Shown piece by piece: positions 39,940 through 52,816 of a DNA stretch of 64,000 nucleotides; the stretch's first letter is position 1; every line of letters starts with the position of its first letter. A program made the translations under genes and the position numbers. This DNA is from Dipteris shenzhenensis. Taxonomy: Eukaryota. A model generated the notes under the pieces. It had not been told where the DNA came from, searched no databases, and saw only the letters and a list, made by a program, of their open reading frames with translations. The stretch is taken from the NCBI GenBank assembly GCA_047967505.1, contig CM106538.1; one strand, written 5' to 3'.

Positions 39940-40260
39940 TCTAGTTGATTTTCAAGTCTACAAGGAAATGATCCACTCCGTCGAAGCTTTTATGGACCCC
40001 AAGGTGAGCCATAACTTGATCTCCCACAAAGTATACAACGACCAATTAATATCAAAGGTAACTAGTGAACCCACTCTTGTACTTGTATGAGTTGTAAATG
40101 GTCAAGGCACACTCATGATTTTATACATGGAGGTGCAAGTCTCAGTGAATAACCATAGTGTGGCAACCCGCTTCTATGTGATGCTTGCAGGCACTATTGA
40201 CAAATAGGTAATACTTGGCAGAACATGGTGATGGGCCTCAATTGTTGGATTGACTAGCGA
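39940..40260 (+). pseudogene. Second retropepsin-like domain after integrase (element D)
   Basis: IHSVEAFMDPKVSHNLISHKVY...TRFYVM...VILGRTW, homologous to 15880-16200. Confidence 0.7.
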
Positions 40261-43053
40261 GGATGAAAAGCAATGTTGACAAGCAACAGTCGCACATATG
40301 TGACTCCACTTTGTTTGGGAGTCATGGATTCAAATATCTCCCCAACATATAAGTCCACACATCATCCACCCAGATCTGCAAGAAAACCAGAAACCCACCA
40401 AGCAAGGTTGAGCCTTCGTCATCCACCACCCATGCCATAGCCATTACTCCAAATGGGAAAGCTAGTACTAAACAATGCTTCCATCCTTTAAGGATGTCAC
40501 CACCACACCCACTAAGTCTCCCAGAGGAAAGACAAAGCCATCACCGGCCATTATGTCCACAACATCAATGGTCAAAGCCTTTGCCTCTTCGAGTCAGTAG
40601 CACAGCCGACACAAGGAAGATCATTGGTGGGCTCCAAAGGGTCTTCACCAATCCAACACTATCAAAAACCGAGACAGAGGGCGTCAACATGCACCTTTGC
40701 TCCTGTCCTTACGTCGACCCAAGGTGGATTCCTAAACGATTACTAAAACGTAAGGGCTACTAAAAGCTAATGCTTATATCTGGGTACCCAAGACCCACCA
40801 TAGGCTACTCTAACTTCCATCAACCATCCTAAGGCACAAGAATCTAGCCCCCCACAACATTATGAATGGAGACTAGAAGACACAATGCAATCTCTAGCTT
40901 CATCAAGTGGTAGGGCAACAATAGACCCACAAGAACCTGCCTCCAAGAAGGAGGTAGCCCCACACGAACCTATTGCTCACCCATTGAAAGAAAAGATCAC
41001 TCTAATAAGGTCACAGATGACATCACTATGGATTCAACCTATTGCTCACCCATTGAAATAAAATATCACTCTAGCAAGGTCACAAATGACATCACTATGC
41101 CCTCAAATCCTTATGTTACAAGGGAGAACGTCGTCAACAACTGTGGTAATCCCATAGGAAACTTCTCCTAAAAAGGGATAGAGACACAAGAACGTGCTAC
41201 ATCACAAGGCAAGTCGGAAGCGAAAGCAATTGGCGAGCTCCAATGGTTTCCCAAAGGAGAATCCTTAAGTCTCGGCTCCATTGTGGATTCCACTATGACA
41301 TCAAGCTTGGTAGTACCATAAGAACCTTCTTTTAAAAAGGGAGTAGTGCCACCCAACCTACATTTTGTTATGTAATGCGCCGCCATTCCCTTCACATGTA
41401 TCCTATTTTGTCTATGGCATTCTTTAGCATTGATATCCAACACCTAACCCTTCATCCTATTCTCCTAAATTTTCATAGTTGATGTAGGTGTATTATCAAA
41501 TTCTCCCTTTTTCTCACGGAATCCAAAATCCTTGAACTCTCTAAGCCCCATTACCTCCCAACATGGGCTTGCACTCCACATTTTGTGGTCGAATGTTTGC
41601 AAGAACACAATAGGGAGGAAGCGCAAAGAATCTATCAATATCTTTTGGCCAACGGGGTTACCCAATACCACCCGACTGGCATTCTTGTCTTATATGATAA
41701 AATTCTGGAAGCCATAGAGCGCATGATTGAGGAAGGTTTTAGCCATTTTGAAACCAAGCATGTTGCCTATCCTAGACTAATAGCGAGGAAGAAGCTGATA
41801 TGGCTATAGCCATTTTCAACTCCATGGCCCATCCCAATACTTCTCACTTGCCAAGCCCCTCCACAAATATTAACCACCCGCCTTCTTCTCGTCTTAGTAC
41901 TTACCTAAATTTCCCCAACCCCACCACCACCTCCTCCCCATTTAAGCAATCATCTGCCTCACAGTCCTCCACAAACACACACATTGGGTCATCAGAGATG
42001 CCTCCAAGACACTCACGACCTACCAAACAAATTTACTCTAGAACAGGTCCACACCACCATTTTACGATGGCTAGCCTTTGTGCCTACGAAGCCTCCTCCA
42101 TATGACTAACCCTCCACAAAGACGGACCACTTTCCAAGTGAAGGGCATGACTAGCTCAAAGAGATTCCTCCTGACGACCCCAAGTGCTACTGCATTTTGC
42201 ATAACTGTAGGCCCTTCAAGGACCTCACCAAGCCTGTGGTAGGGCAAACTACAAAGTTTTGATCTCATGGTGGTCGACCTTATGAAAGTATGAGCCCTAA
42301 CACATTCATCGCAAAGACATTCAAGAAGGGGAAGGCATCTAATAAACCAACGACCTGAGGAGGGTATGCGGATCCAAATCCCCAAGCTGTGCCCCCTCAC
42401 GGATGCAAATGGTGGTCTATAACCCGCTTAGAGGATCCCATGTTTGAAGAAACCTGAGTATTAGAGAACGTCTTGTAATGTGTGCCAAGCCTACCAGATC
42501 CATCCTACTTATATGCCCCTACACCGCAGATGGAAATGGAGTATATTCTGGCAAATATAGGATAGTGACCCTAATGTAATACACAATTTTTTGGCCTTTA
42601 ACTTCCCAAAAATCACCACGATATATGGTCTCACCTTTCAGATGTAGCAGTATGTTGGCATGTATGCTGAAGTCCCAAATCCACAAGTCATGGCCTCCAT
42701 CCACTTTTTTTTCCCCCAAAAAATGTGGGCTTATATTATAAAGTCAAAAAGAGCCAAATTTTTACATCAAAAGTTCTCTACCCTTGACCAAAAGTATTGG
42801 GGAAAAGTAATATAAGGGTCCAAAACAAACCAAACTGAAGTAAAAATGCTAAGTGTTGAACAAAACATATCAAACTCTCTCCATCCACATTTTTCAACTA
42901 TTGATCATTTTATTTAGGGACGTTCTCAAACAATTTTCGACGATGGAAGAGCTGCAACTAAATATCCACCATGAGATAGTTATTGATCTGGATGAGGGCC
43001 CCTCCTACAAGCACGTCATTTGCATGTATCTCCGTGTGCACAATCTCCATGCT

Positions 43054-43277
43054 CACCCATATCTATACCCTTGAGGACATGCACGACACACATTTTGATA
43101 GCCCTAATTTCCATTTTGTTGGATCTATCAGCGGGGCTATTTCATCAAGACTCCCTAGTCCAAACACCCATATCTACACCTTTGAGGACATGCACGACAT
43201 GCATTTTGACAGCCCCAATTTCCATTTTGTCGGATCTATCAGTGGGGCTATTTCATCAACACTCCCTAGTCCAAACA
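43054..43277. repeat. 111-bp tandem duplication
   Basis: CACCCATATCTA.ACC.TTGAGGACATGCACGAC... at 43054 and 43165. Confidence 0.9.
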
Positions 43278-44482
43278 ATGCAAACAACATGCTTTCTGTG
43301 CACCTCTTGATCCATGAATGGATCAACTATAGGAAGGGGGGCATAATAACCACTTGGATTAGCAGAGTCATAGTGGCTACCAAAGGAGCCAGTTGTGGAG
43401 TTCTCTTAAACCAAACGTGTAGTTGTGGGATGGCTATTCAGGGTTCAAAGTTTGGGGATGCATTATATCATGTCTTTTCCAACAAGCACTATACAAAGTG
43501 ATGGGCAGTTTCAAAATAGTTGCACATGTTTTTTAAGCAATTGTTGAGGTCTTCGAAAGAGTTGCCTAGGTCAGGATATCACAAGTTTCATTCTCAACAC
43601 TTGTTCAAGACGAGCATGCTTGGGCACTTGGGCCTACTAAAAGAAGGTGTAACATGGCATATTGCCATGATTGCCTTGACAAATCATAATCGAATAGCAC
43701 AAATGCCATTGACAAAGAGAGGGAAAGCAACAACGGGAGCGGAGCCATAAGAAGCCAACACAAAGATAGGGAGTACCATCATATGTTAGAGCTGGATGTG
43801 CCCAAGCAATTTGTTAAAATACATAATAGAGGGAATGGCAGGAGGAATAGGATTGGCCCACCCTTCAGAAGGTGCTATGTATAAAAGGCTGAAAGTTTGA
43901 CTTTGGTTTGGAGTTGTAAATTTACAAGGTTGAAAAATACAAGCTCTCTCTTTTCCAAGAGTATTGTTCATGTTCCTCTTGCTCTTGCCTTTATGGATGC
44001 CTCTCACCCCCCTTCCCTCTTCTTCTTCTCACACTAGGGCATGTTGTTTGATAATTAAGGCTGTTAACTATGGCCATATATAGTGATTCCTACTAGAGTG
44101 ATATATTTGGATGGACGTCTAGAAACACATTTGGGCATGTTGTTTGCTAATTAAGGCTATTGACTATGGCCATATATAGTGATTCCTACTAGAGGTATGA
44201 TAGTATCTGATGAGCTAGGTCAATGCATCTGTGTGCAAGAAAATCAAACTCAATTACTTCTCAAAAAGTTTCATTGGGAAGGCACACTAGAAGAGCTGGG
44301 TGTTGTATGATTCCCCTCATGGGTGGGACTTTTGTGGTATGGGATTGAGTCATCTACTAACCTATGGTCAGGTCTTGTGGTATGGGATTGAGTCATCTAC
44401 TACTAACCTATGGTTGGGTGATGAGTTCCAGATGATGCGCTTTTTGGTTTGGTTCCTAGAACATGGTTTGGTGATTATGATC

Positions 44483-47400
44483 TTGGTAGCAGACTCAGTG
44501 TAGGAGTTGTTTTAGTGGTATCAATGCCATCCATTTGCTTTCAAGGACGTAAGTTTTTGACACAAGCTATGTAGATCCTTATATGCTTATAAATTTGTAA
44601 AGGATATCTTCATGTAGGGTTGATACCCCACAAGGGAATTCCCAATCATAAAATGTGTAGATCCATTTATGCTTATAGTTTCTAAAATATCGTCATGTAG
44701 GATTTATAGCCCACAAAGGATTTTCCATTTTTGCACTTTCTCATGCTTGGCTAGAAAAATCTTACATAGATTGCAAGGATTAGTCACACAAAATTTGTTT
44801 TGCACGTAAAGCTTGGGTTTCTTAACTCGCCTAACCGTGCATGTTGGTATTGAACAATATGCACCTTTTCATCCTTGGCTGGACGAATGGTAGATGGAAA
44901 TGATTAAAGGGTTTAGTCTCACAAGCTCTATTTTTTTGCACATAAATCTTGGGTTTCTTGGCTCTCCTAACCTTGCATTTTGATATTGTAAAATATGCTT
45001 AACATGAGTATGGTGAATTGATCTTTAGTCTCTTACATAATGAAAACATTGTTGGTGTTTTTGCTCTTTTTCCAAAGAAGGCTAAAAAAAAAAATTCTAA
45101 CACATTACCCCATAAGTTTTGGACTAAGATGAGAAGGGTTTCTCAAAACCTTTTGACAAGTTATCTATCTAGACCTTCTCCTAACATTGAATGAGGTTTG
45201 TCACCACACAATTCTCAAAGGCTTTGGATGTGTTAATAGGGTAGGTCTCTACCATTGAAAAGAGTTCAAAATTTTATTAATTAGGGAGAAGGGGTAAATA
45301 TGAGAGTGATTATTAATGAGGAAATCCCTCTACTTCCTAAGGGAGGGCCCCCTCCCTTGTTATCATACCTATACTCTACAACTTTCACAACATCTTCATT
45401 TAGCTTAATGGTAAGACCTTGAGAGTGCATATTGGATGTATTGAGTTCAAGTTTCCTCTTTGCATGAATGTTTGAAGCTATCCCTTTGAGTTTACCTTGA
45501 TTAGGGTACTCCACCTTCCCCAATTGAGCAGAATTCAAAAATGTATTAATTAGCGAAAAGATGAGGAGGGGAGGGGTGAAAAGGCAAGGGAGGGGTAAAG
45601 ATTAGAGTGATTAATGAAGAATTCCCTCTATTTATGAGGGTGGGGCCCCTCTCCCCAATTATCATGCCTATACTATACTTCTTTCACAACATCTTCATTT
45701 AGCCTAGTGGTAAGATCTAGAGAGTGCATAGCCCCTATTTGCATGAAGTTTTAAAACTACCTCTTTAATCTTAGCTTAATCAAGGGTACTCCACCTAAGA
45801 AATCAAGGGGTATGCCACCTAGGAAATCAAGTGAATTTATCCCTTGAAAAATAAAGGCCTTTTCAATTACCTTTCTGCTTAGGTTAAGTTATTTTATATG
45901 GGATTATTTGTTGAGATTGAGTGACTTTAGAATAGGTAGATGGAGAATAAAGATGAGCAGACTAATTAAGGAATTAGGTTAGTGTAATTAGGGGTTCTAT
46001 GAAGACAAACATCATGGGAGAAAAGTGAAGCTTTGAGAACATAATAATTGAATATACAATGTAGGTGAGATATTGGAAATAGCTAGAGCTAGTGTTCATA
46101 TAACAAGGCTTCAATCAAGAAGCGTGAATATACAAAGTGGGTGAGATAATAGAAATAGGGTTAGAGTTCATATTACAAGACTTCTATAGCTTACCACTAT
46201 ATTAGGATACCACTAGGCAGTGCCGGAGTGCGCTTGTGCACTCTTGTTAGCATTGCCTCCCTAGAGGTAGTGCTATAGTGGAGAATTAGATTCTCATTTG
46301 TGAATTCCCACCTGCAATTCTTTAAAAAATGTAGGTTGTGTTTCTTTTCATCCAAAAGTGCAACTTACCAGTATGACAAGAGGCAATGCCCATGTGCACT
46401 CTTGTTATTGCTTGTAGAGGGTACTCAAATGGCTCACCATTCCCCAATGAATGAGTTTTTAAAAATGAACACTAGAGGTTACGCCTCCCCTCGCTCCCAA
46501 TACCCTTTAAGCCTTCCCTTTCATCCCATTTGGCCATCTTAAAAGGAAAAACCTTCTTCCTTTATTGTTTTCCCCCTCCCTTGCATAGGCTATTTGGTGA
46601 AGATGACCTTGGCAGTAGACTCAATGTAAGAGTTGTTTCAATGGTATAATTGTTATCCATTTGCTTTTAGGGATGTAAGTTTTTGACACAAGCTCATAAT
46701 GTCTAGGTCCTTATGTGCTTACAATTTTTTTAAGTATATTCATGTAGGATTGATAACCCACAAAGGAATTCCCAAGCTAAAATGTGTAGATCCATTTATG
46801 CTTATGATTTTCTAAAGCATATCTTCATGTACGCTTTACATTAAATCCCACGAAGGAATTTCCATCTTTGTACCTTTTCATACTTGGCTAGGCAAAATGT
46901 TGCATTGAAATAATTACAAGGTTTAGCTTCACAAACTTTGCTTTGCACATAAACCTTGGGTCTCTTGACTCTCCTAACCTAGCATTTTGTATTGAACAAT
47001 ATGCACCTTTTTGTCCTTGGCTAGAGGAATGTTAGATAGAAATTATTGCAACATTTTGTTTAGCTCTGTTTCGCACATAGATCTTGGGATTCTTGCCTAA
47101 CCTTGCATTTTGATATTGTAAAATATGGTTAATGTGAGTATGGTGAATTGATCTTTAGTCTCTTACATAACAAAAACAATGTCAATGTTTTGCTCTTTTT
47201 TCAACGAAGGCTAAAAGAATAAATTTAGCACATTACCCCACAAGGTTTGGACTTCTTTGTACAACATTTAGCCTAGTGCCAACACCTTGAGAGTTAATAG
47301 TGGATGTCTTGAGTTCGAGTCCCCTCTTTGCATTAAGTTTTGAAACTCTCTCTTTAACCTTAGCTTAATTGGAATTACTCCACCTAAGAATTTAATTGAA

Positions 47401-48188
47401 TTTATGCATTGAAAAATAAATGTCCTTTCCATTACATTCCTCTTGAGATTAAGCTATATATATGGGATAATTTGTTGATTAAGGGCCTCTAGAATAGCTA
47501 GATGAGTAATGGAAGAATTAGATAGAGCCATTAGAGGGGTACAAAGGCAATTCATGCTAGGAGAAAATTGAAGATTTGGGAACAAAGTAAGTGAATATAC
47601 AATGTGGGTGAGATATTGGAAATAGGCGGAGCTAGAGTCGTATTACAAGGCTTCAAACAATTACAAAGTGACTGAGATAATGGACTAGGGCTCGAGTTCA
47701 TGTTACAAGGCTTCAATCAAGAAGTGTGCTACTTTATGGAGTATCAAATAGTAGAAGACAACACATAAATGTAAAAGGTTATATGCTCCATAAAAAGTAT
47801 ATAAGGTTGAAGTGAAATTAATAAGTTAATTGCAAATAGGAAACTTGAACTCCAAGTTATGGGGCATGTGGGGGCTTTGCTAACTAGAGCAAGTGCTTTA
47901 GTGGAGAGTTTGATTCTCCTTTGGGAATTTCCACATGTAAAATTTAAAAAAAGTTAATTGAGTTGGGTTGATTTGTATCCAAAAACATTATATTGGGAGG
48001 TAGTGTCCAACTGCACTTGTGCACTCTTGTTATTGCTAATTGAGGGTACTCAAATGCCTTACTACTTCCCAATGAATGAGTTTTGAGAATCGAATAGTAG
48101 AGGTTACATCTCCCTCTTGTGCCCACTACCCCTATTCATCCCAAAAGCAAAAACTTTCTTCCTTTAGTGTTTTCCCCCTTCCCTTGCA
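44483..48188. repeat. Diverged ~2.1 kb + ~1.6 kb tandem duplication containing tRNA-like A/B-box motifs
   Basis: Unit starts TTGG.AG.AGACTCA.TGTA.GAGTTGTTT at 44483 and 46609. Unit ends ...TTTTCCCC.TCCCTTGCA at ~46587 and ~48188. The interiors are colinear. Confidence 0.8.
47262..47335 (+). other. tRNA-derived SINE-like head (A box + B box)
   Basis: A-box-like TAGCCTAGTGC at 47269-47279 and B-box GAGTTCGAGTCC at 47311-47322. Paralogues at 45401-45453 and 45700 (B box deleted). Confidence 0.55.
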
Positions 48189-48359
48189 CCATGATTCATA
48201 ACTTTCTTAATACTAATGCTTTCAACATAATTCAAACATCAAGTTTTTTATTTCTTACAAAGAAAATTTAGATGCCCAAAACATACTTCTCTTTAAATCT
48301 TATTATTATTTAAAAACAAAAAAAACAAAAGTTGGCTTTTATTAAAAATAGAAAAAGTG

Positions 48360-49700
48360 AAGCGGGGGGGGGGGGGGCCAATCCCCTACAAGACCCTTAC
48401 AAAACTTGGCCCACCAAGGGGCATAACCCTAGGCCTATGCTCTAAGAGCAAAGCTAAACCTCAACCACAAAATTTCTAGTCACCCCTGCAAGACCGAGCT
48501 GATCTCAACAAGAAATCCACTCACTACAACGTTAGAATCACTTAAAATCACGGAAAGGTCAACCATAAAGGCTTTAACTAAACGATGTGGGATTCCCTCA
48601 GATTGACTGTTGACTTATCTCCAAAGGCTGCACGGTTGCATACTAGCCAAATGGCATAGCATACTGCGCAAAGAATACAAGGCCAAGTAGCTGCAACCGT
48701 AGAGAAGCAGCCAATGGTGTCCCTCAAGAGAGTGAGCTTCCAGTTAGCACCGATGATGAATCTAGCCATTACGCCTGAATCACGAACCACCTTTTCAACT
48801 CTTAGCCACACCCTTTTAGCAACTGGACACTTCCACATTAGATGTTACAATACCTCCGGAGAGCTTCCACATAAAGTGAAGAGTAGGTTGACATTGAAGC
48901 TTTTGGCCAACTTGGCTCTCACCAGCAGCCAATGATGCATAATCTTCCATAAAGTTCATAAATTCTCATTAACGCAAGCTAATGCAAGCGATTCTAACTA
49001 ACATAGGCTTACATAAACAGTTATAATTAACATAACCAAACCTCAAAAACCTAACCTTACCTAACATCACTCAACTAGCCTAACATTGTCTCCTCCCCTC
49101 ACCTCATTGTCTCCCCTCTGCCTCAACCTCTCCTCATCCTACCTGTCCATTTGCTTCGTTACAATACTAGTAGCACCCGCTTCCTGTGAATCTCTTGCTG
49201 CCCTCCTCTTCCCTCATGGCCTCATTTTGGATCTACCCCTCCTTTCTCACACCTGTCCCAAGCATTTTCTCATCTTTCCATCTACCTCCTCTCCTCCTAT
49301 TCCTTGAAGCTAGGGAAGGCTGCCTCACCTAGATGTGTTGCAGGACCATTATCTGCCCAGTTGCCTACCCAAAGCCCCTTGCTTGTAATTGTATGCCAAG
49401 TGCCTACTCAATTCATGGATTTGCTAGTGGTGGCCACTCACAAAGGCTATCAACAGTGAGCAAAGGGAAAACCTTTGTCGGTAAAGCACAATGGAAGCCA
49501 AGGTTTCTAAAACAAAAGCAATGGAAGCGAAAGATTTAGGGATAGAAGGTCATCCAATAGGGAGAAGTCGCAACTAATCTCAAAGATGTATGTCTGAGGA
49601 TACCAAGACTTGGAAATCTCATGCTCTACCTGCATTTGTGGAAAATATGTCCTCATCGAACAGGTTTTAGAATCAATGATTTCATTGGGTGGCAGATATG
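48360..49700 (-). mobile_element. L1-like LINE 3' remnant (zf-RVT region of ORF2)
   Basis: LWKIMHHWLLV...LCGSSPEVL*HLMWKCPVAKRVW...AVCYAIWLVCNRAAF are zf-RVT and downstream W..RN motifs. AATAAA lies downstream on the minus strand. Confidence 0.75.
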
Positions 49701-49739
49701 CTACAGACTTTCGTCAGCGTAGCATAAAGAAAGACCTAC

Positions 49740-50040
49740 GCGCTGTGGGAGAAAGAAAGACAGATGGGCTAGTGGAGGGGCAGTAGATACAGGAGGATGA
49801 AGGGTGAGCAGATAGAGGAGGATGAAGGTAGAAAGAAAGATAGACGCAATGCTGGAGGAAGAAAGATAGACGGGCTAGTAAAGGGGAAGTAGATACAGGA
49901 AGATGAAGAGCTATTAGAGGAAGAAAGATCGATGGGCTGGAGTAGAGATACATGAGGATGAAGGGGGAGCAGATGGAGGAGGATGAAGGTGGAAGCGGAG
50001 GAGAAGAGTTGAGAGAAGAGGGGGACTATAGGAGGGCAAG
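49740..50040. repeat. Purine-rich degenerate tandem repeat (GAAAGA.AGA.GGGCTAG...GAGGATGAAGG)
   Basis: About three diverged units. Confidence 0.7.
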
Positions 50041-51449
50041 GGCATATTAATTGACTAGGTGCCTTACCTTATCTGCATTAATCTCACACCAACAATACGA
50101 AATAGCTTAATTTTTCATGCGGGGTGGACGAACTATTACTACTGGAATTTCCCATTTTTCGATATGAGGGGGAACATAGTCCCCCTTCCCTTGCATAGGC
50201 TAGAATGATTAGGAATCATTTGATGGCGGTCCATGCCCTTAGAATTTTATCGTCGTCGTTTATCAAAAGGCATTATTAATGGATGTACATTCTTTGGTTA
50301 AGGGTAGATGCTTTGGTTGGCAAGGGTATGATCCTTGGCTTTATACTAGTCTCATGGAATGTCTTCATTTTTGCATGAGTAATACTTGGAATTATAGTCA
50401 GGATTTATTGAAAGCCATTCTTTAAGGGTTCCTAATGAAACATTTTTAATATAACTTAAAAAGAAAAGAAGTAAAGTAAACATTACTTTATGTAGGTTAG
50501 ATGCTCTAGTTGATAAACATTAAGGCTATGTGGAAGGTTGAAGGAACAAAGATGGCATTGATGCTTAGTTAAAGAAGGGCGGTTAAGTGAGGGTTAGTGT
50601 AATGAGGATGTGTTTAAGGCAAATTAGATTTTTTAAACAGATGTAAAGTAATGTTTGTTTTAGTGTGTTAGGCAGTTTAGCCTAGTAAAAGAATTCCAAA
50701 ATGATCTGCATAAAAAGTAGGCCAGGCCAACTCAATTACATGTGGAAATTCACAAAGAAGGCCTTTGAGGAGTTAGGTTAAATGAGTGAAACAAGGGAGG
50801 ATTACTGTAATGAGGAGATGGTAAGGCAAACTAGAAAATTACCTAGGGAGTAGAGGCAAAGTAGTGTTGGTTTCAGTGTGTGCGAGTAAAGCTCGAGCGT
50901 TTTTGCCGCTTTGTTGAAAGCCATTATGTAAGGGTTTCGAATGTAACAGGTATTAACAAAGTAAGACTGAAAAAGAACAAGGTGAACACATTCAAGAGGC
51001 TTGCCCAGGAATGTGCCAAGAGAATCTACGATTGAATGCACTCATTTCGGGCTTAGCATGATGGAGCTGAATGCTGGCGAGTTGTTCAGTAGGGTTGAGG
51101 TAAGCCGGCAACAACTGCACGGGCGGCGAAATTCCAAATGTGGCCAATTCACTGAACATGTGGACGAATCAGAGAGATTCCCGATTCAAACAAGTTGAAT
51201 GACTTTTGTCATTCAAATGGCTTGCTCTATGGAGTAAGTTGGGAGTCCACCAATAGTTCAGAGAGGAATAGCAGGGAGCGAAATAGTAAGCTGGGACGTG
51301 GAGAGGAAAAGAGCGACAAAAAGGTGGAGATCACATAGAAATTAGGGGATAAAAAAGGGATTGGAAATGAGATTTGCTTCTCGAAGCTGGGCCGACATCA
51401 ATTAGGCTTTCCCGTGACAAGTGGGAGACCAAAAACATGACCTTACCGG

Positions 51450-52028
51450 AGAAGGGTTAGTGGAATTTGGAAAGGTTAAGTAGGGCGGTTAAGGGAGGGT
51501 TAGAGAGTAAAGGGGAGGGAGGAGATTAGTGACGAAGAAGAAAAGAAGAAGAAGAAGAAGACGAAGAAGAAGAGAAGGAGCCGAAAAAGCAACGACAAGG
51601 AAAACAGGAGACGAGGGCAGCCAAAAACTTCATCTTCTTCTTCTTCTTCTTCATCATCTCACACTTCACCTTCCTCGAGCATCTCAATCTCTTCCTTCCC
51701 TTGCCCTCCCTCCTGCCCTCTCTTCTTCCTCAGATCCGCTTCCCTTCCCTTCCCTCCTCTCCAGCCTTTCTTCCCCTTTCCATTCCCCCCCCCTCAGTCC
51801 GCATCATGTAAAACGGCTCCTTTTCGCTCCCCCCCTTAGCGATTCCTGCTTAGGAGCTGTCTCCCACGCTTTCTAAGCGGGAATTTTTGGTTCTCTTGCC
51901 CTGGCTGCTCTTGCGTGTGGGCCTCAGAGGCCGAAGCAGTGCGTGGATTCGGAAATGGCCGAATTAAGGAAATTTCGAAGCCGTCTACGATGAATTCTCG
52001 GCTCAGAAGTTTGAACACCAAGCCTAAT
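51450..52028 (+). promoter_or_regulatory. Promoter/5' UTR region with (GAA)n and (CTT)n/CT-rich tracts
   Basis: CpG-retaining sequence. (GAA)n at ~51534-51575 and (CTT)n plus a pyrimidine patch at 51627-51800 precede the CDS, as is typical of plant 5' UTRs. Confidence 0.6.
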
Positions 52029-52816
52029 ATGGCTGAGAAAGAGAGGCTGACTATCGATTTGAGCGCGACTGCAGACCCGGTGGACTATGCTAACCATTTG
52101 GAAGCAGGCCAAACAATCAGGATCACGCACGGAATCGTAGCATCAGGTGGCTCTGTAGAGAATTTTGAAAATGCTCGCGTAGCGCAAATGCGTCGCTTGA
52201 TCACAGAGACGTCTGATACTTCCAGTCAAGCATCGGTGCAAGCCGCTGGAAAAGATGCGATGCAGAGTGTGCAGAAAGAGTTCATTGGCAGACAGCCAGA
52301 CACGATGGATGTGGTCTTGGCTTTTCGACTAAGGACAGATAATGCCGGAACGCCTCCACAGTTTCTTGGGGAGGCAGGAGCTGCAAAGGATGGGCAGCCT
52401 TTGTATTGTAAATGTTGCGGTAATCCTGAGCTTTTAAGGAAGACCTTGATTTGTGATGCGTGCGAACAGAGCTTCCATCTCAAGTGTCTGAAGCTTCGAG
52501 AGAATCAGGCCAGTCAACTGGATGAGTGGCTTTGTATGGCATGCGTCGCAGCCCAGCGAAAACAGCAATGGCCTCTAGGAAGAATTGAATCAAAGCGAGA
52601 TGTTGAGGCTAAAGATGGAAATGCAGATGGTAACCTTGGCAATCAGCAATCGGGCGATATTGAGACGGCTGTTTCTTTGAGTGGAAGCCAACGCGAGAGA
52701 ATCAAGAGACTGAAAAGAGACGGGGACGTGGGATCTGACGTGACGCCTGTTAAGAAGCCGTTCGGAACTGGCAACAGTGTCCCAGATGAAGCTGGAGATC
52801 ATCTTTATAGTCCCAG
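52029..52816 (+). CDS. MBD9: First coding exon of a PHD-finger chromatin protein, methyl-CpG-binding domain protein 9-like
   Basis: Intact ORF. C4HC3 PHD CKCCGNPE...ICDACEQSFHLKC...EWLCMAC is followed by WPLG, with an N-terminal LTIDL; this is the same layout I recall for the Arabidopsis MBD9 N-terminus (GIDLN..CGACGRPE..CDACERGFH..C..WPLG). ATG 52029 (AATATGGC), alternative 51990. Donor after 52816 (GC) or 52820 (GT). Partial; no downstream exon was recognised. Confidence 0.8.

Larger units (their letters stand above)
35700..42500 (+). mobile_element. Gypsy element D (same family as B): RT-RH-INT-PR2 plus extra-ORF remnants, highly degenerate
   Basis: Colinear with 13190-17100: VREEIQKLIDVG, HIDASKIAIG, GIDFIGP, DQGTQF, then EAFMDPKVSHNLISHKV...ILGRTW. 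Internal tandem duplication ~38106-38780 and an insertion at 35787-37058. Confidence 0.88.

Noticed and set aside
42983-43501. 172-aa repeat protein
   Set aside because: The repeat derives from a 111-bp DNA duplication, the start codon is not ATG, and no domain was recognised.
45395-47335. Functional tRNA genes
   Set aside because: Only A/B-box-like motifs are present. I could not form acceptor or anticodon stems, and there is no clear terminator.
51450-51505. Telomeric repeats/telo-box
   Set aside because: Only scattered GGTTA(G) words, not tandem TTTAGGG. The same applies to ~49040-49085.
51915-52028. ORF-track start at 51915
   Set aside because: The codon is GTG. Eukaryotic initiation is more likely at ATG 52029 or 51990.
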